From assembly GCA_018817505.1 (NCBI GenBank), contig JAHITR010000063.1, positions 1 to 58,980 of the forward strand: DNA of 58,980 nt, given 5' to 3'. The notes below the pieces were generated by a model that ran no database searches, was not told the origin of the DNA, and saw only the letters and a program-made list of their open reading frames with translations. Both the position numbers and the translations under genes were made by a program. Numbering within the stretch: the first letter of the stretch is position 1; each line of letters starts with the position of its first letter. The DNA is from Candidatus Bipolaricaulota bacterium (GTDB taxonomy: Bacteria; Bipolaricaulota; Bipolaricaulia; UBA7950; UBA9294). Positions 28,216 to 37,728 of this stretch are shown piece after piece.

Positions 28216-29775
28216 CTAGCCTCCCAGTACCGCGTTGATGTACGCATCACGTCCGAGCCAAAGGGCCTTGGCTGCCGGCGTCACGATGTGATCGACAAAG
28301 AATCCGGGGAACAACCCGAACACAATGACCACCAACACCAATGCCGCCATCGGCAGCATCATGCCTAGCGATGGATCGGAAACGTGGGCCGATGTATTCG
28401 ATCGAGGTCCCAAGAATGCTGCTTGGAACGCCTTCACGAAGACAGCCAATAACATAATGCTCGACAGAACAGCCAATACGGCCAGGAATGGATTCAGCTT
28501 GAACGCCGCTTCATAGATGAGGAACTTGGAGGCGAAGCCGTTGAACGGCGGTACGCCAGCAAGGGCGACTGCGCCGATGGCGAAGAAGATGCTTGTCCAT
28601 TTCATTCGATGACCGAGACCGCCCATTTGATTGAGATCTCGCGTTCCGGCTGCTCGTATCACAACGCCAGAAGCGAAGAACAGCAGCCCAACGCAGGCGG
28701 CATCGTTGATCATGTGGAAGATGCCTCCCTGCATGGCGACCAACCCATATTCTGGCCTAGTCGCTATCACTGCCATACCTACGCCGACGCCCAACAGCAT
28801 GTAACCAATCTGGGACACGGCACCGAAGGCGACCAATCGCTTGAGATCGCTTTGAATGAGTGCCATCGTCACGCCGACGAAGATCGTCAGAAGAGCAAGA
28901 ACGATGAGGATCCACCCCACGGTCCCTGTGCTGATGCTCGCCCCAAACAGCGTGAACAAGATGCGAAACAACCCGTACAGGCTGGCTTGGGAATTGACCA
29001 CGAGAACCGCGGACATCGGAGCTGGAGACTCACCATACGCGTCAGGCGCCCACATGTGCATGGGTACAGCGCCAGCTTTCATAGCCAATCCCGTCAATAA
29101 GAGCCCGAGGGCAACCATGTCGGTCAGGCTTCCCTGAATGCTCCGTGCGAGGACAGCGATGTTGAGGTGTCCATATTGTCCGTACAGCAAGCCGATGGCT
29201 AGCAGGACAAACAGTCCGGACAGTGTGTACATGGCCATGACCTTGAAGCCAGCTTCCTGAGATTGTTTGAGCCAGACGCGGAACCCGACCATGCTGGCAG
29301 CAGCTATGGATGTGATTTCAAGGAACACGAAAAAGTTGAACATGTCCCCTGTCAGCACCATGCCAAAAACGCCTGCAATCAGCATCAGGAACAGACTGAA
29401 ATAAAGGTTGCCGCCTGAGCGTTCCTTCCAGTACGAGAAGCTGAAGAACGCGCCCGTGAGAGCGATGAGGGCCGTAATCAAGCCCATGAACGCGCTCATG
29501 CCGTCGACCTCGAACAGGATCCGTACAGGCACTTGGCCGCCAGAAAGCGGGAACGTGAACGTTCCGCCGCCCAGCTCGTACACGGTTGGGATGCCGCCCG
29601 ATCCAAAGACATCAATGGCGAGCATCGCAGCCAGTCCTGCCACAGCGAGGACGATGAGTCCAATGAGAGTGTTGCGTGCTCCTTTGCCGAGCTTGCCCAC
29701 AAGAGGCGTTGCAAACGCGCCGAGTAGCGGCAGCGCGACAAGGAGAATCGGTGCATGCAGAGTCAATGCGGTCAT
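28216..29775 (-). CDS. mbhH: MrpD/NuoM-like antiporter subunit
   Basis: DMFNFFVFLEI, KAGAVPMHMWAPDAY, DLKRLVAF, GVPPFNGFASK. Confidence 0.92.
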   Translation of the reverse strand: MTALTLHAPILLVALPLLGAFATPLVGKLGKGARNTLIGLIVLAVAGLAAMLAIDVFGSGGIPTVYELGGGTFTFPLSGGQVPVRILFEVDGMSAFMGLITALIALTGAFFSFSYWKERSGGNLYFSLFLMLIAGVFGMVLTGDMFNFFVFLEITSIAAASMVGFRVWLKQSQEAGFKVMAMYTLSGLFVLLAIGLLYGQYGHLNIAVLARSIQGSLTDMVALGLLLTGLAMKAGAVPMHMWAPDAYGESPAPMSAVLVVNSQASLYGLFRILFTLFGASISTGTVGWILIVLALLTIFVGVTMALIQSDLKRLVAFGAVSQIGYMLLGVGVGMAVIATRPEYGLVAMQGGIFHMINDAACVGLLFFASGVVIRAAGTRDLNQMGGLGHRMKWTSIFFAIGAVALAGVPPFNGFASKFLIYEAAFKLNPFLAVLAVLSSIMLLAVFVKAFQAAFLGPRSNTSAHVSDPSLGMMLPMAALVLVVIVFGLFPGFFVDHIVTPAAKALWLGRDAYINAVLGG

Positions 29776-30122
29776 CCCTTCAGCTCCTTCACTTTTCGAA
29801 CATCGAGGGTGCCGTAATGACGATGGACGAATACGGCAAAGGAAAGAAGCAAAGCCGTGGTCGCCAATCCGATGACGATGCTTGTCAGTGTGAGCGCCTG
29901 TGGTGTAGGTAGAACCATCTGTTGCGCTTCGGGTGCGAACGTATAGATCGGCGAGATTCCGCCGGTTCGATATCCGAGTGTGACCAAGAACAGGTTGACG
30001 CCCGTCTCGATCAGCGTGATTCCGATCACGAGCTTGATCAGATTGCGCTTGAATAGGAACGTGTACAGGCCCAGCACAACCAGCAGTGCGGCAACGATAA
30101 ACGGGAGGTTTCCAATATTCAT
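29772..30122 (-). CDS. mbhG: MrpC/MnhC-like subunit
   Basis: RNLIKLVIG, PTPQALTLTSIVIG. Confidence 0.92.
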   Translation of the reverse strand: MNIGNLPFIVAALLVVLGLYTFLFKRNLIKLVIGITLIETGVNLFLVTLGYRTGGISPIYTFAPEAQQMVLPTPQALTLTSIVIGLATTALLLSFAVFVHRHYGTLDVRKVKELKG

Positions 30123-30595
30123 TCGGTCTCCTCCTTATGAGATCCAACGAGCATGACGATCACGACGGCGGCGATGCCGGTCATGACCTTCAATCCCACG
30201 GCCCAGTTCATGAGTGGAACCAGCCCGCCTGCGGTGAGAACGCCTGCGTTCGAGCCTGTCGGCACAGAAGCTCCAAACAAGAAGCCACCTGAGTTGGCGA
30301 ACAGGTTGTAGAAGAAGGCCGTTCCAATACCCAGGAATGCAAGTCCCAGGAATGCAAGGGCTCCGAATTCTTCAATGCTCTGAAGCCAGTGTAGATTCAG
30401 CTGCCCCTTCAAGCCCGCAGATCCAAAAGCGACCAGTAGCAGTGCGAAGGCACTGGCGACTACTGCGCCTCCTTGGAATCCGCCGCCTGGCGTGAGGTGT
30501 CCGTGCATGATCACATAGAAGCCAAACAGGATGATGAGCCCGTACATGAACCGAGTGACTGTGCGAACGATGACTGACATGGAATTGTTGTTCAT
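30119..30595 (-). CDS. mbhF: MrpB/MnhB-like subunit
   Basis: HGHLTPGGGFQGG. Confidence 0.9.
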   Translation of the reverse strand: MNNNSMSVIVRTVTRFMYGLIILFGFYVIMHGHLTPGGGFQGGAVVASAFALLLVAFGSAGLKGQLNLHWLQSIEEFGALAFLGLAFLGIGTAFFYNLFANSGGFLFGASVPTGSNAGVLTAGGLVPLMNWAVGLKVMTGIAAVVIVMLVGSHKEETE

Positions 30596-30867
30596 CGTTC
30601 ATCCTCCCGGAGCTTGCGAAACAGGCCCAAAACACCAACGACAGCTGCGAACAGAACCGTCGCTTCGCCCAACGTGTCAAAACCACGGTAGTCAAACACC
30701 ACGGCGGTTACGGCGTTGTTCACAGCGACTTCTGGCTGTGCATTCTGGATGTAGTAGTCATCCATGACCGCCATCTGAGGCTCACCAAATGGTCGCATGT
30801 CGGCTACTCCGAGAAGAAGGAATGCGCCGACAAACAAGAACGCGACGAAGAGAATGGCTTTTCTCAT
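30592..30867 (-). CDS. mbhE: MbhE (MrpA C-terminal-like) subunit
   Basis: NAVTAVVFDYRGFDTLGEATVLF. Confidence 0.9.
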   Translation of the reverse strand: MRKAILFVAFLFVGAFLLLGVADMRPFGEPQMAVMDDYYIQNAQPEVAVNNAVTAVVFDYRGFDTLGEATVLFAAVVGVLGLFRKLREDER

Positions 30868-31115
30868 TCTTCCTCCTTTCGAGCAGTACGGCGGATGGCA
30901 ATCACATAGATGGCCGTTGTGAGTGCGGCGCCAATAGCGGCTTCGGCAATGGCCACATCGGGTGCTTGCAGCATATAAAACTCAAGTGAAACCAATAGGC
31001 TTGCTGCAGCAAGAGCTAGAACCGATGAGAGCAGATCCTTGAACCAAACTGCCAGAGCAGCTCCGATGACGATGAGCACGAGGACGACGACATGAAGGAT
31101 GCTTTGTACAATCAT
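30864..31115 (-). CDS. mbhD: MbhD (DUF4040) subunit
   Basis: LQAPDVAIAEAAIGA; ATG overlaps the mbhC stop. Confidence 0.88.
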   Translation of the reverse strand: MIVQSILHVVVLVLIVIGAALAVWFKDLLSSVLALAAASLLVSLEFYMLQAPDVAIAEAAIGAALTTAIYVIAIRRTARKEEE

Positions 31116-31447
31116 GATCGATCCTCCAGTTTGTCTACGACAGCACCCTTCGGCTTGACTCCACTGCGATACGCCGCGCGGGCGATGGCGTGAGATCCTG
31201 TGGGGTTGGTTACCAACAGCGCGATCAGGGCGATAATGACGTGAATAGCCAACGTATTGTACTGGGCGCCGCCACGGGCAAATCCGTACACAATGACTCC
31301 CAAGGCAGTGAACAGTGAGCCGAACGTTGTGCACTTGGTCGCTCCGTGAAGCCTCGTGTAGACGTCGGGGAAGCGAACCAGGGCAATGGCGCCCAAGCCG
31401 TTGAACAGAACCCCGATCCCAAGTAGGACATATAGGAGTATGCTCAA
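31112..31447 (-). CDS. mbhC: MrpG/MnhG-like subunit
   Basis: RFPDVYTRLHGATK, NPTGSHAIARAAY. Confidence 0.92.
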   Translation of the reverse strand: MSILLYVLLGIGVLFNGLGAIALVRFPDVYTRLHGATKCTTFGSLFTALGVIVYGFARGGAQYNTLAIHVIIALIALLVTNPTGSHAIARAAYRSGVKPKGAVVDKLEDRS

Positions 31448-31713
31448 TTCAATCCCCCTTCTAGGTAGCGAGCGATATACAGTGTTCCAACGAATGACAA
31501 CAGTGCGTAGATGATGGCCACATCAATGAACACGACCTGATCAAAGGCCGCACCCAGGACGATCATCGACGCAACAACCAGCGTATTGAGTGTGTCAAGT
31601 CCGACGACGCGGTCGCCGACTGTCGGCCCCAGCCCGATTCGTAACAGACTAAACATCACGAAGAACGCGAAGCAGGCCGCGACGATGAAGAACACCAGGG
31701 GTTCAATGATCAT
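31444..31713 (-). CDS. mbhB: MrpF/MnhF-like subunit
   Basis: GPTVGDRVVGLD, DVAIIYALLSF, ARYLEG. Confidence 0.92.
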   Translation of the reverse strand: MIIEPLVFFIVAACFAFFVMFSLLRIGLGPTVGDRVVGLDTLNTLVVASMIVLGAAFDQVVFIDVAIIYALLSFVGTLYIARYLEGGLN

Positions 31714-32240
31714 TCCGCGATCCTCCTTGCCCAGTCAACGAACGATCCGCACACCGCTTCCGCGGACGGATCCGTGTCTCTCACGTTGATCCAATGCACG
31801 AATAGATCTCCACTCTCCTCATCCACATCGACGGTCAGCGTTCCCGGAGTCAGCGTAATCGAGTTGGCCAACAAGGTGGTTCCGAAATCAGTGCTCAGCC
31901 CGGGGCTGAGACGTACGATTCCAGGACGGATCTTGCCAGTGATGACCCGATAGGCAACATCGAGATTGGCTTTGGCCATCGCCCACAGGAACGGCCCAAT
32001 CAGATAGACAAGAAACAACAGCCAACGAAGAGGATTCAGCATTCGCAGCGAACTCTTTCGGCCTTCTTTCTTGCGATTGAATGCAACGCGCCCAGCGATA
32101 GCTCCGACGATGAGGGAAAGGACTGCGCCCGAAATCCATTCTTCGAGGCTCCATGCAACGATCGTTCCGCTGCCAAATGTCAGCAGAAGATAGAAGAAGA
32201 AAGCTCCGATGGCAGTGACAAAGAATGCAAGCATTCTCAC
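31710..32240 (-). CDS. mbhA: MrpE/MnhE-like subunit
   Basis: ANLDVAYRV, LANSITLTPGTLTVD, LFVHWI. Confidence 0.92.
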   Translation of the reverse strand: MRMLAFFVTAIGAFFFYLLLTFGSGTIVAWSLEEWISGAVLSLIVGAIAGRVAFNRKKEGRKSSLRMLNPLRWLLFLVYLIGPFLWAMAKANLDVAYRVITGKIRPGIVRLSPGLSTDFGTTLLANSITLTPGTLTVDVDEESGDLFVHWINVRDTDPSAEAVCGSFVDWARRIAE

Positions 32241-32306
32241 CCTCCCGATACAACGATTCTCGACGGAAGGTGCGATAGCGCACGGATTTTTCCGCCGAGC
32301 CAGCGA

Positions 32307-32336
32307 ATTCTACCCGAGGATTCGAGGAAGATTCAA
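32307..32336 (-). promoter_or_regulatory. Putative sigma70 promoter of the mbh operon
   Basis: Minus strand TTGAAT-18 nt-TAGAAT. Confidence 0.4.
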
Positions 32337-32383
32337 GGATGAAATGCAATTCCCTTGCTTGCTAGAGAGCGATCCGGAGAGGG

Positions 32384-35300
32384 CTACTCAACCTGAATAG
32401 GAATGCTCAGGGTGTCTGATGCCCCGGAGTTGTCTGTCACAGTGAGTGAGACGGTGGTCGTGCCAGATGCGGGGAAAATGTGCTCAGCGAACGCCGTTTC
32501 AGCATCGATCGTTCCATCGTGATTGAAATCCCAAGCATAGGCAACGATTTCGCCATCGAAGTCCCAGGACAGCGTCCCATTGAACAGGACCAATTCTCCG
32601 GCAGACGGGCGACTGGGCATGTAGGAGAAGTCAGCGACTGGAGGCTGGAACGAAGACGGCGGAGATGGCGGCGCGGATGATGCGACATTGACGAACACCG
32701 CTTGAGTGTAGGCATCTGTATTTCCTGAGTCGTCGGTAACTGTCAAGGTAACATTGAATGTTCCTGCAGTCGGGAAGACGGTTTGAGCAAAGCCATCCGT
32801 AGAATCAACGATGCCATCATCATTAAAATCCCAGGCATAGGCGACGATATCTCCATCGATGTCAGATGACAGGAGACCGTTAAACAGCACCTGCGACCCT
32901 GCTGCAGGTACGGTCGGTGAGTATTCAAAGTCCGAGAGCGGAGGCAGTGAGGGCTCCGACTGCGTCGGCGATGTATTTGCCGCGATTGGTATCTGTCGCG
33001 TTAACGAATCAGTGCCTCCTGAGTCATCCGTGACTGTGAGAGTGACACGAGCGTCGCCAATGATTGCGAACGCGTATTCGGAAATGGCTGCCAACGAGTC
33101 CACCACTCCATCTTGATTAAAGTCCCAAGCGTAGACTGAAATCTGACCGTCTGAATCTGTAGATAGTGTCCCGTTGAACACAACGACGCTTCCCGATTGC
33201 GGCTCAGACGGTGAGTAGTCGAAGTCAGCGATCGGGGGGAGTAGGGTGATTGGCGCTGTCGTTGTTTCAGGGGCGCCCGCTCCGACAGTCACTTGCAAGG
33301 TGAGCGTGTCCGTGGCACCGGAGTTGTCAGTGACTGTGAGTGAGACATCATAAACCCCATCTTCAATGAAACGGTAGTCGACGATGGCTGCCGAGGAATC
33401 GGTTTGACCGTCAGCGTTGAAATCCCAAGCAAATGCCACGATTTGGCCGCCAGCATCTGTAGACAGGGTCGCGTTGAACAGGACAACGGCACCGGCCTCT
33501 GGTTTGGTAGGCAAGTAGGCAAACGCAGCGACAGGTGGGGTTCCGCTGGTCGGTGTCGGGGCTGGCGAAATGACCTCAACGGTCAGTGTGATGCTATCGG
33601 AATTGCCATCGTCATCGGTCACCGTCAATGTCACTTCATGGAGCCCAGCCGTTGCGAACGCATACTCTGCAAAGGGTGCAGTTGAGTCCGTTATCCCATC
33701 TGCATTGAAGTCCCACGCAAACGTCTCGATCAACCCGTCCAGGTCCAGAGAAGGCGTGCCGTTGAACCTGATGATTTCTCCAGGAGACGGAGCCGTTGGC
33801 GAAATCTGGAAACTGGCGATCGGCGGCTGAGCCGCAATCGGAGCGTCCGCTGGGGGCTCGACAGGTGTTTCATCTGCAGTGTTTGCTGGCGTGTCCATGA
33901 TGACGGGGGTCCGCGCGGAGTCGGTGATGACCACGGCGTAGGTTACGGTATCGGAATTGCCGCCATTGTCCGTGACGGTCAGAGAGATGTCGTAAGTGCC
34001 TGCCATCAAGAAGACCTTGGACGTAATCGCTTCATGGGAATCCGAGACGCCATCTCCATCAAGATCCCAAGCATAGGCCGACAAGACACCATCAAAATCC
34101 GACGAGGAGGTGCCATTGAATTGGACGATCTCGCCCGTCTGTGGCTGTGCAGGCACATAGGTGAAGTCAGCCACTGGGGGCTGGAACGAAGCGCTCGAAG
34201 GAGCCGCGGAACCTTCGCCTACGGTAACCGGATAGATGACTGTGTCTTCGTTTCCCGTATCGTCAAGGACTGTCAATGCGATATCAAACGTACCCGCCGA
34301 CTGAAACGCATGAACAACCACGGGTTCCGTCGAATCGACAACGCCATCGGCATTGAAGTCCCATGCGAAGGCGACGATGGTTCCGTCGAAGTCGAATGAG
34401 TAGGTTCCGTCGAACGTGACAGGAACACCTGCGATCACTGTTTCGGGCTCGTAGAAGAAGTCGGCCGTGGGCGGCTGGAACGTGATCACGACCTCGCGTT
34501 CTCGTATGTAGCCACCGAATGAGATCGGCAGCGCGGCCTGCGCTCCAACGACCAACTCAACCTGCTGTTGAGTGGTGAATACGAATCGTTCGGGGAGCGA
34601 GGTCTCATCGACGGATAGCGTATAGGTTCCGGGAAGAATATCGGCGATGGTGAAACGGCCAGCTAGATCGGTGAATGCATCGGAGAATCCGCCGTCAGTC
34701 GTCGACTCCAAAACGAGGCGTACTTGCGCCAATCCGCCCTCGTCTCCGGCTCTTGAGCCGTCCTTGTCCACATCCTCAAACACGTCGCCGGTGATCACGA
34801 CGACCGGGAGAAGGGGAATGTCCACCCAAAGCGTCTCTCCAGCGATAACCGTGACCGTCACAGGTTCGCCAACAGCCGCATTGACGGGGAGTTGATCGGG
34901 AGCAAGCGTGTAGTCGCCGGGATAAACGGGGGTGAACCGGAAGTATCCGTCGGCATTGGTGGAGACTTGCGTACGCCCTGCTCCCACCACGATGGTTCCC
35001 GCAGGCTCGTCATTCAGCCCGTATAAACCATCGCCATCACGATCAATGAATGCGCGGCCTTCGATGCGCCCTTTGGTCACCAGGAATGGAAGAGGAATGT
35101 TCACGTTGGCATTGAAGGAGATTCCCCATCCGAAGCTAATATCGTTGGCATCATGGCGATCCCACGAAATCGAGCCGTCAAACACGACATCCAAGTCATC
35201 CGTGAAATGAATGAAGAAGGATGCAGAGAGATCGAAATCATCTCGTGTGTTCCCAAATGTAATCGATGCTTCGTGAAGCGCAGTTTCAGGCTGGAAACGG

Positions 35301-37153
35301 ATGGATAGATCGGAAGATGAAGACAATGGTGTGTCCGCGATGACATCGAAGCTCTGGGACTCCGTCAGCTGGAAATAGAGGTAGAACGCCTCGATGGCCA
35401 AGCCAGCGCCTTGTGAATAGGTGGTCGTTCGTACGTGTGAATTCAGCACCAAATCCTGTTGCTCCAGCACCTTCCCTGTCAGGGAATAGGGGAACACGCC
35501 CGCTGTCTCTGTGAGGCTGACGGCCACCAGCGTGTCGACGTCGTTCTTGACGGACAAGTCGGCATATCGGTCCCACGAGAAATCGAGGGTCGAAGCCAAT
35601 GTGGGCCCGTTCTCCAGGGGTGTGGCCGTGAGATTGAACCCCAAGTCATCTTGAATGCGCGTCGGAAGAAGCGGATCACGATTGACGTTGTCCCACTCAT
35701 GGGACAGAGAGCTACTCAGAGATATGGCTGTCAGCCGAAGCCGCTGGGATACCTCGATTCCGGCTGAATCGGCTCGTTGTCCGGGAAAGAATGTGCCGAC
35801 AGAGTAGGCGCTTCCGCTGAAGAAATATCCTGATGAATCAATGGTCGTGTTGAAGAAAAGTGCGCGACTCGTAAGCGGGCCGTCCAGGCCGAGGCTACCT
35901 TCGATGTCCAGTGTCCAATCATCAAGTGGCGCTGCATGGGCAGTGGCCGTCCACAGGGATTTCGAAACCGATACCGCATCGCGAATCCCCAAGTAGCCGA
36001 TGCCTATGTTGGCCACATCTGGTCCAAGAGCAAGATACCCGGCAAATCGGGTTTCATTGTTGCTCCCGCCGCCGATCACAGACAGATCGACATACTCCGC
36101 ATCGATCTTCAACGATCCGCCCGTGCACGATAGGCGAACGAGATCTGTGAGAGACTGCGAAACACTGCCAATGGAGAACGTGCTGGGGGCTAGACGATAA
36201 AGCATCGAGAATGAGCTGATCCTGGCCTTCGTTGGCCCAAAGGGATCGAGAAGACTGAAAAAGGACGAGAAATACCCGCCAAGGATTTGTCCAGAAGTAG
36301 AGAATGTCAGCTGGCTGTCGAACGCATTGGTCATTACGTTCTTGTCAATCGAGATTCGAATTCGTGCAGGCAGCTCTTCCATGACGGTTCCCCCCACTGC
36401 ATCGGGAGCTGGGGGAAGAACGGACGTAAAGACAACGGCATCGGAGTTGACGCCTTCATAGATTGCAGATTCCGCCACGACAGTTAGCACATCTCGTCCA
36501 GGTTCCGTACCCATGGGGATAGTGATCTGAACGGTAAACGGCAGCCGTTCTTGAGGAGCCAGGTTTGCTGAGTCATGTGACAGTGCAATGGACAGTCCGC
36601 GAGATGAACTGGCCGTGAGAACCAACGAATCCTGAACATTACCTCGATTGATGAGAACGAATTCGTAAGTCATTGAATGTCCGGGGGCAATACTTGCTCC
36701 CGTAGGGGCAACGAGTTCAATTTGCGTCATGGGCGTAACCAGCACGGTCCCCATGGCTGTCCCATAGTTCAACGCGTCGGATTGTGCCGTGGCCGTGAAT
36801 GCCAAGACGTATTCGCCTGCGACGGCCCCAGCCGGGATGGTGGCGGTGACGAACAGCGTGCCTTCCTCATTTGGCTGCAGTGCAATGGAACTGGGAGCAC
36901 CGAGAAGCCCCCAGCCAGCAGGAGCGACAAACGATAGCGAGAAGGTCTCAGGATTCGGGGAATCGTTGATGAGTCCAAAAACATGCGTGACGAATGATCC
37001 TGGCGCTCCATCTTTCGGAGTGGAAAGGAGGCTGACCTCAACGGACATTCCGCCAAGGCTCACAAGGATCACCAGCAATAGGGCGATCAGCGTTCCCTTC
37101 TGTAACCTCTGGTTGCACGCCAACATGACGATTAACCGTATGTGATGTGGCAC
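32384..37153 (-). CDS. Large secreted/outer-membrane protein: 2x NEW3-like Ig + predicted beta-barrel + 2x SdrD-B-like + 7x PKD (start may be 37126)
   Basis: Signal peptide; PAGW/NRGN NEW3 motifs; ~430 aa of amphipathic beta strands; GRAFIDRDGDG and GDVFEDVDKDG; seven PP.A.F...WD(F/L)..DG repeats. Confidence 0.8.
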   Translation of the reverse strand: MPHHIRLIVMLACNQRLQKGTLIALLLVILVSLGGMSVEVSLLSTPKDGAPGSFVTHVFGLINDSPNPETFSLSFVAPAGWGLLGAPSSIALQPNEEGTLFVTATIPAGAVAGEYVLAFTATAQSDALNYGTAMGTVLVTPMTQIELVAPTGASIAPGHSMTYEFVLINRGNVQDSLVLTASSSRGLSIALSHDSANLAPQERLPFTVQITIPMGTEPGRDVLTVVAESAIYEGVNSDAVVFTSVLPPAPDAVGGTVMEELPARIRISIDKNVMTNAFDSQLTFSTSGQILGGYFSSFFSLLDPFGPTKARISSFSMLYRLAPSTFSIGSVSQSLTDLVRLSCTGGSLKIDAEYVDLSVIGGGSNNETRFAGYLALGPDVANIGIGYLGIRDAVSVSKSLWTATAHAAPLDDWTLDIEGSLGLDGPLTSRALFFNTTIDSSGYFFSGSAYSVGTFFPGQRADSAGIEVSQRLRLTAISLSSSLSHEWDNVNRDPLLPTRIQDDLGFNLTATPLENGPTLASTLDFSWDRYADLSVKNDVDTLVAVSLTETAGVFPYSLTGKVLEQQDLVLNSHVRTTTYSQGAGLAIEAFYLYFQLTESQSFDVIADTPLSSSSDLSIRFQPETALHEASITFGNTRDDFDLSASFFIHFTDDLDVVFDGSISWDRHDANDISFGWGISFNANVNIPLPFLVTKGRIEGRAFIDRDGDGLYGLNDEPAGTIVVGAGRTQVSTNADGYFRFTPVYPGDYTLAPDQLPVNAAVGEPVTVTVIAGETLWVDIPLLPVVVITGDVFEDVDKDGSRAGDEGGLAQVRLVLESTTDGGFSDAFTDLAGRFTIADILPGTYTLSVDETSLPERFVFTTQQQVELVVGAQAALPISFGGYIREREVVITFQPPTADFFYEPETVIAGVPVTFDGTYSFDFDGTIVAFAWDFNADGVVDSTEPVVVHAFQSAGTFDIALTVLDDTGNEDTVIYPVTVGEGSAAPSSASFQPPVADFTYVPAQPQTGEIVQFNGTSSSDFDGVLSAYAWDLDGDGVSDSHEAITSKVFLMAGTYDISLTVTDNGGNSDTVTYAVVITDSARTPVIMDTPANTADETPVEPPADAPIAAQPPIASFQISPTAPSPGEIIRFNGTPSLDLDGLIETFAWDFNADGITDSTAPFAEYAFATAGLHEVTLTVTDDDGNSDSITLTVEVISPAPTPTSGTPPVAAFAYLPTKPEAGAVVLFNATLSTDAGGQIVAFAWDFNADGQTDSSAAIVDYRFIEDGVYDVSLTVTDNSGATDTLTLQVTVGAGAPETTTAPITLLPPIADFDYSPSEPQSGSVVVFNGTLSTDSDGQISVYAWDFNQDGVVDSLAAISEYAFAIIGDARVTLTVTDDSGGTDSLTRQIPIAANTSPTQSEPSLPPLSDFEYSPTVPAAGSQVLFNGLLSSDIDGDIVAYAWDFNDDGIVDSTDGFAQTVFPTAGTFNVTLTVTDDSGNTDAYTQAVFVNVASSAPPSPPSSFQPPVADFSYMPSRPSAGELVLFNGTLSWDFDGEIVAYAWDFNHDGTIDAETAFAEHIFPASGTTTVSLTVTDNSGASDTLSIPIQVE
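32387..34480 (-). repeat. Seven tandem PKD-domain coding repeats with Pro/Ser/Thr linkers
   Basis: Repeat units start QPPTADF, QPPVADF, QPPIASF, TPPVAAF, LPPIADF, LPPLSDF, QPPVADF; each has WDFNxDG/WDLDGDG and LTV(T/L)D. Confidence 0.85.
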
Positions 37154-37319
37154 ACATCCGAAAGGACCGGACCACAGTGGGAAAGGGACATTGGTACGTT
37201 GTTCAAGTGACCGGATTCAATCCCCCAGCGCGAATCGCCAAATGTCCCGAGCCGACGGGGCAATCGCCGGAAAGCGGAGTACGCAACTCGCTATGGTTGG
37301 GCGAAGCCAAGAGGTTGAC

Positions 37320-37724
37320 ATGATGGATGCACGAATACAACAAGAGATCGTATTGCGCTCTGAGGATCGCGTCGGCGTTCTGGCAGACATCACCCGCATT
37401 CTCAGCGACATGGGGATCAATCTGTTGTCCGTTCGGCTTGAATCCGTTGAAGGTGATTCGATCGTGCATCTGTTGACCAGCTCTCAATCATATGCCTTTG
37501 AGGCATTGCGCGATGCAGGATTTCACATCACGGAACGGGACGTGGTGTTATTGTCGTTGCCCCATCATCCCGGATTTCTACGGCGAATGAGCGAAGCATT
37601 AGCGCGCAAGGGAATCTCGATCAACGACCTTCATGTTTCGGTCCCTGATGAGGCAAAGGTGGGCGTCGTAGTGCTGACCTGCACCAACAACGCCCACGCA
37701 ATTCAAATCCTACGCGGCTACTAG
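37320..37724 (+). CDS. Tandem ACT-domain protein
   Basis: EDRVGVLADITRILSDMGINL and HHPGFLRRMSEALARKGISI. Confidence 0.85.
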   Translation: MMDARIQQEIVLRSEDRVGVLADITRILSDMGINLLSVRLESVEGDSIVHLLTSSQSYAFEALRDAGFHITERDVVLLSLPHHPGFLRRMSEALARKGISINDLHVSVPDEAKVGVVVLTCTNNAHAIQILRGY

Positions 37725-37728
37725 GTTC

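Noticed and set aside
32387-34480. CRISPR-like or DNA-level tandem repeat
   Set aside because: The periodicity comes from diverged PKD protein domains; there are no identical repeats with unique spacers, and no CRISPR array or cas gene was seen anywhere.
37256-37292. Possible third c-di-GMP-I aptamer (GGGCAATCGCCGGAAAGCGGAGTACGCAA) upstream of the ACT gene
   Set aside because: P2 pairs poorly, the AAA/GAC and CAAAG consensus is broken, and no 3' half is recognisable.
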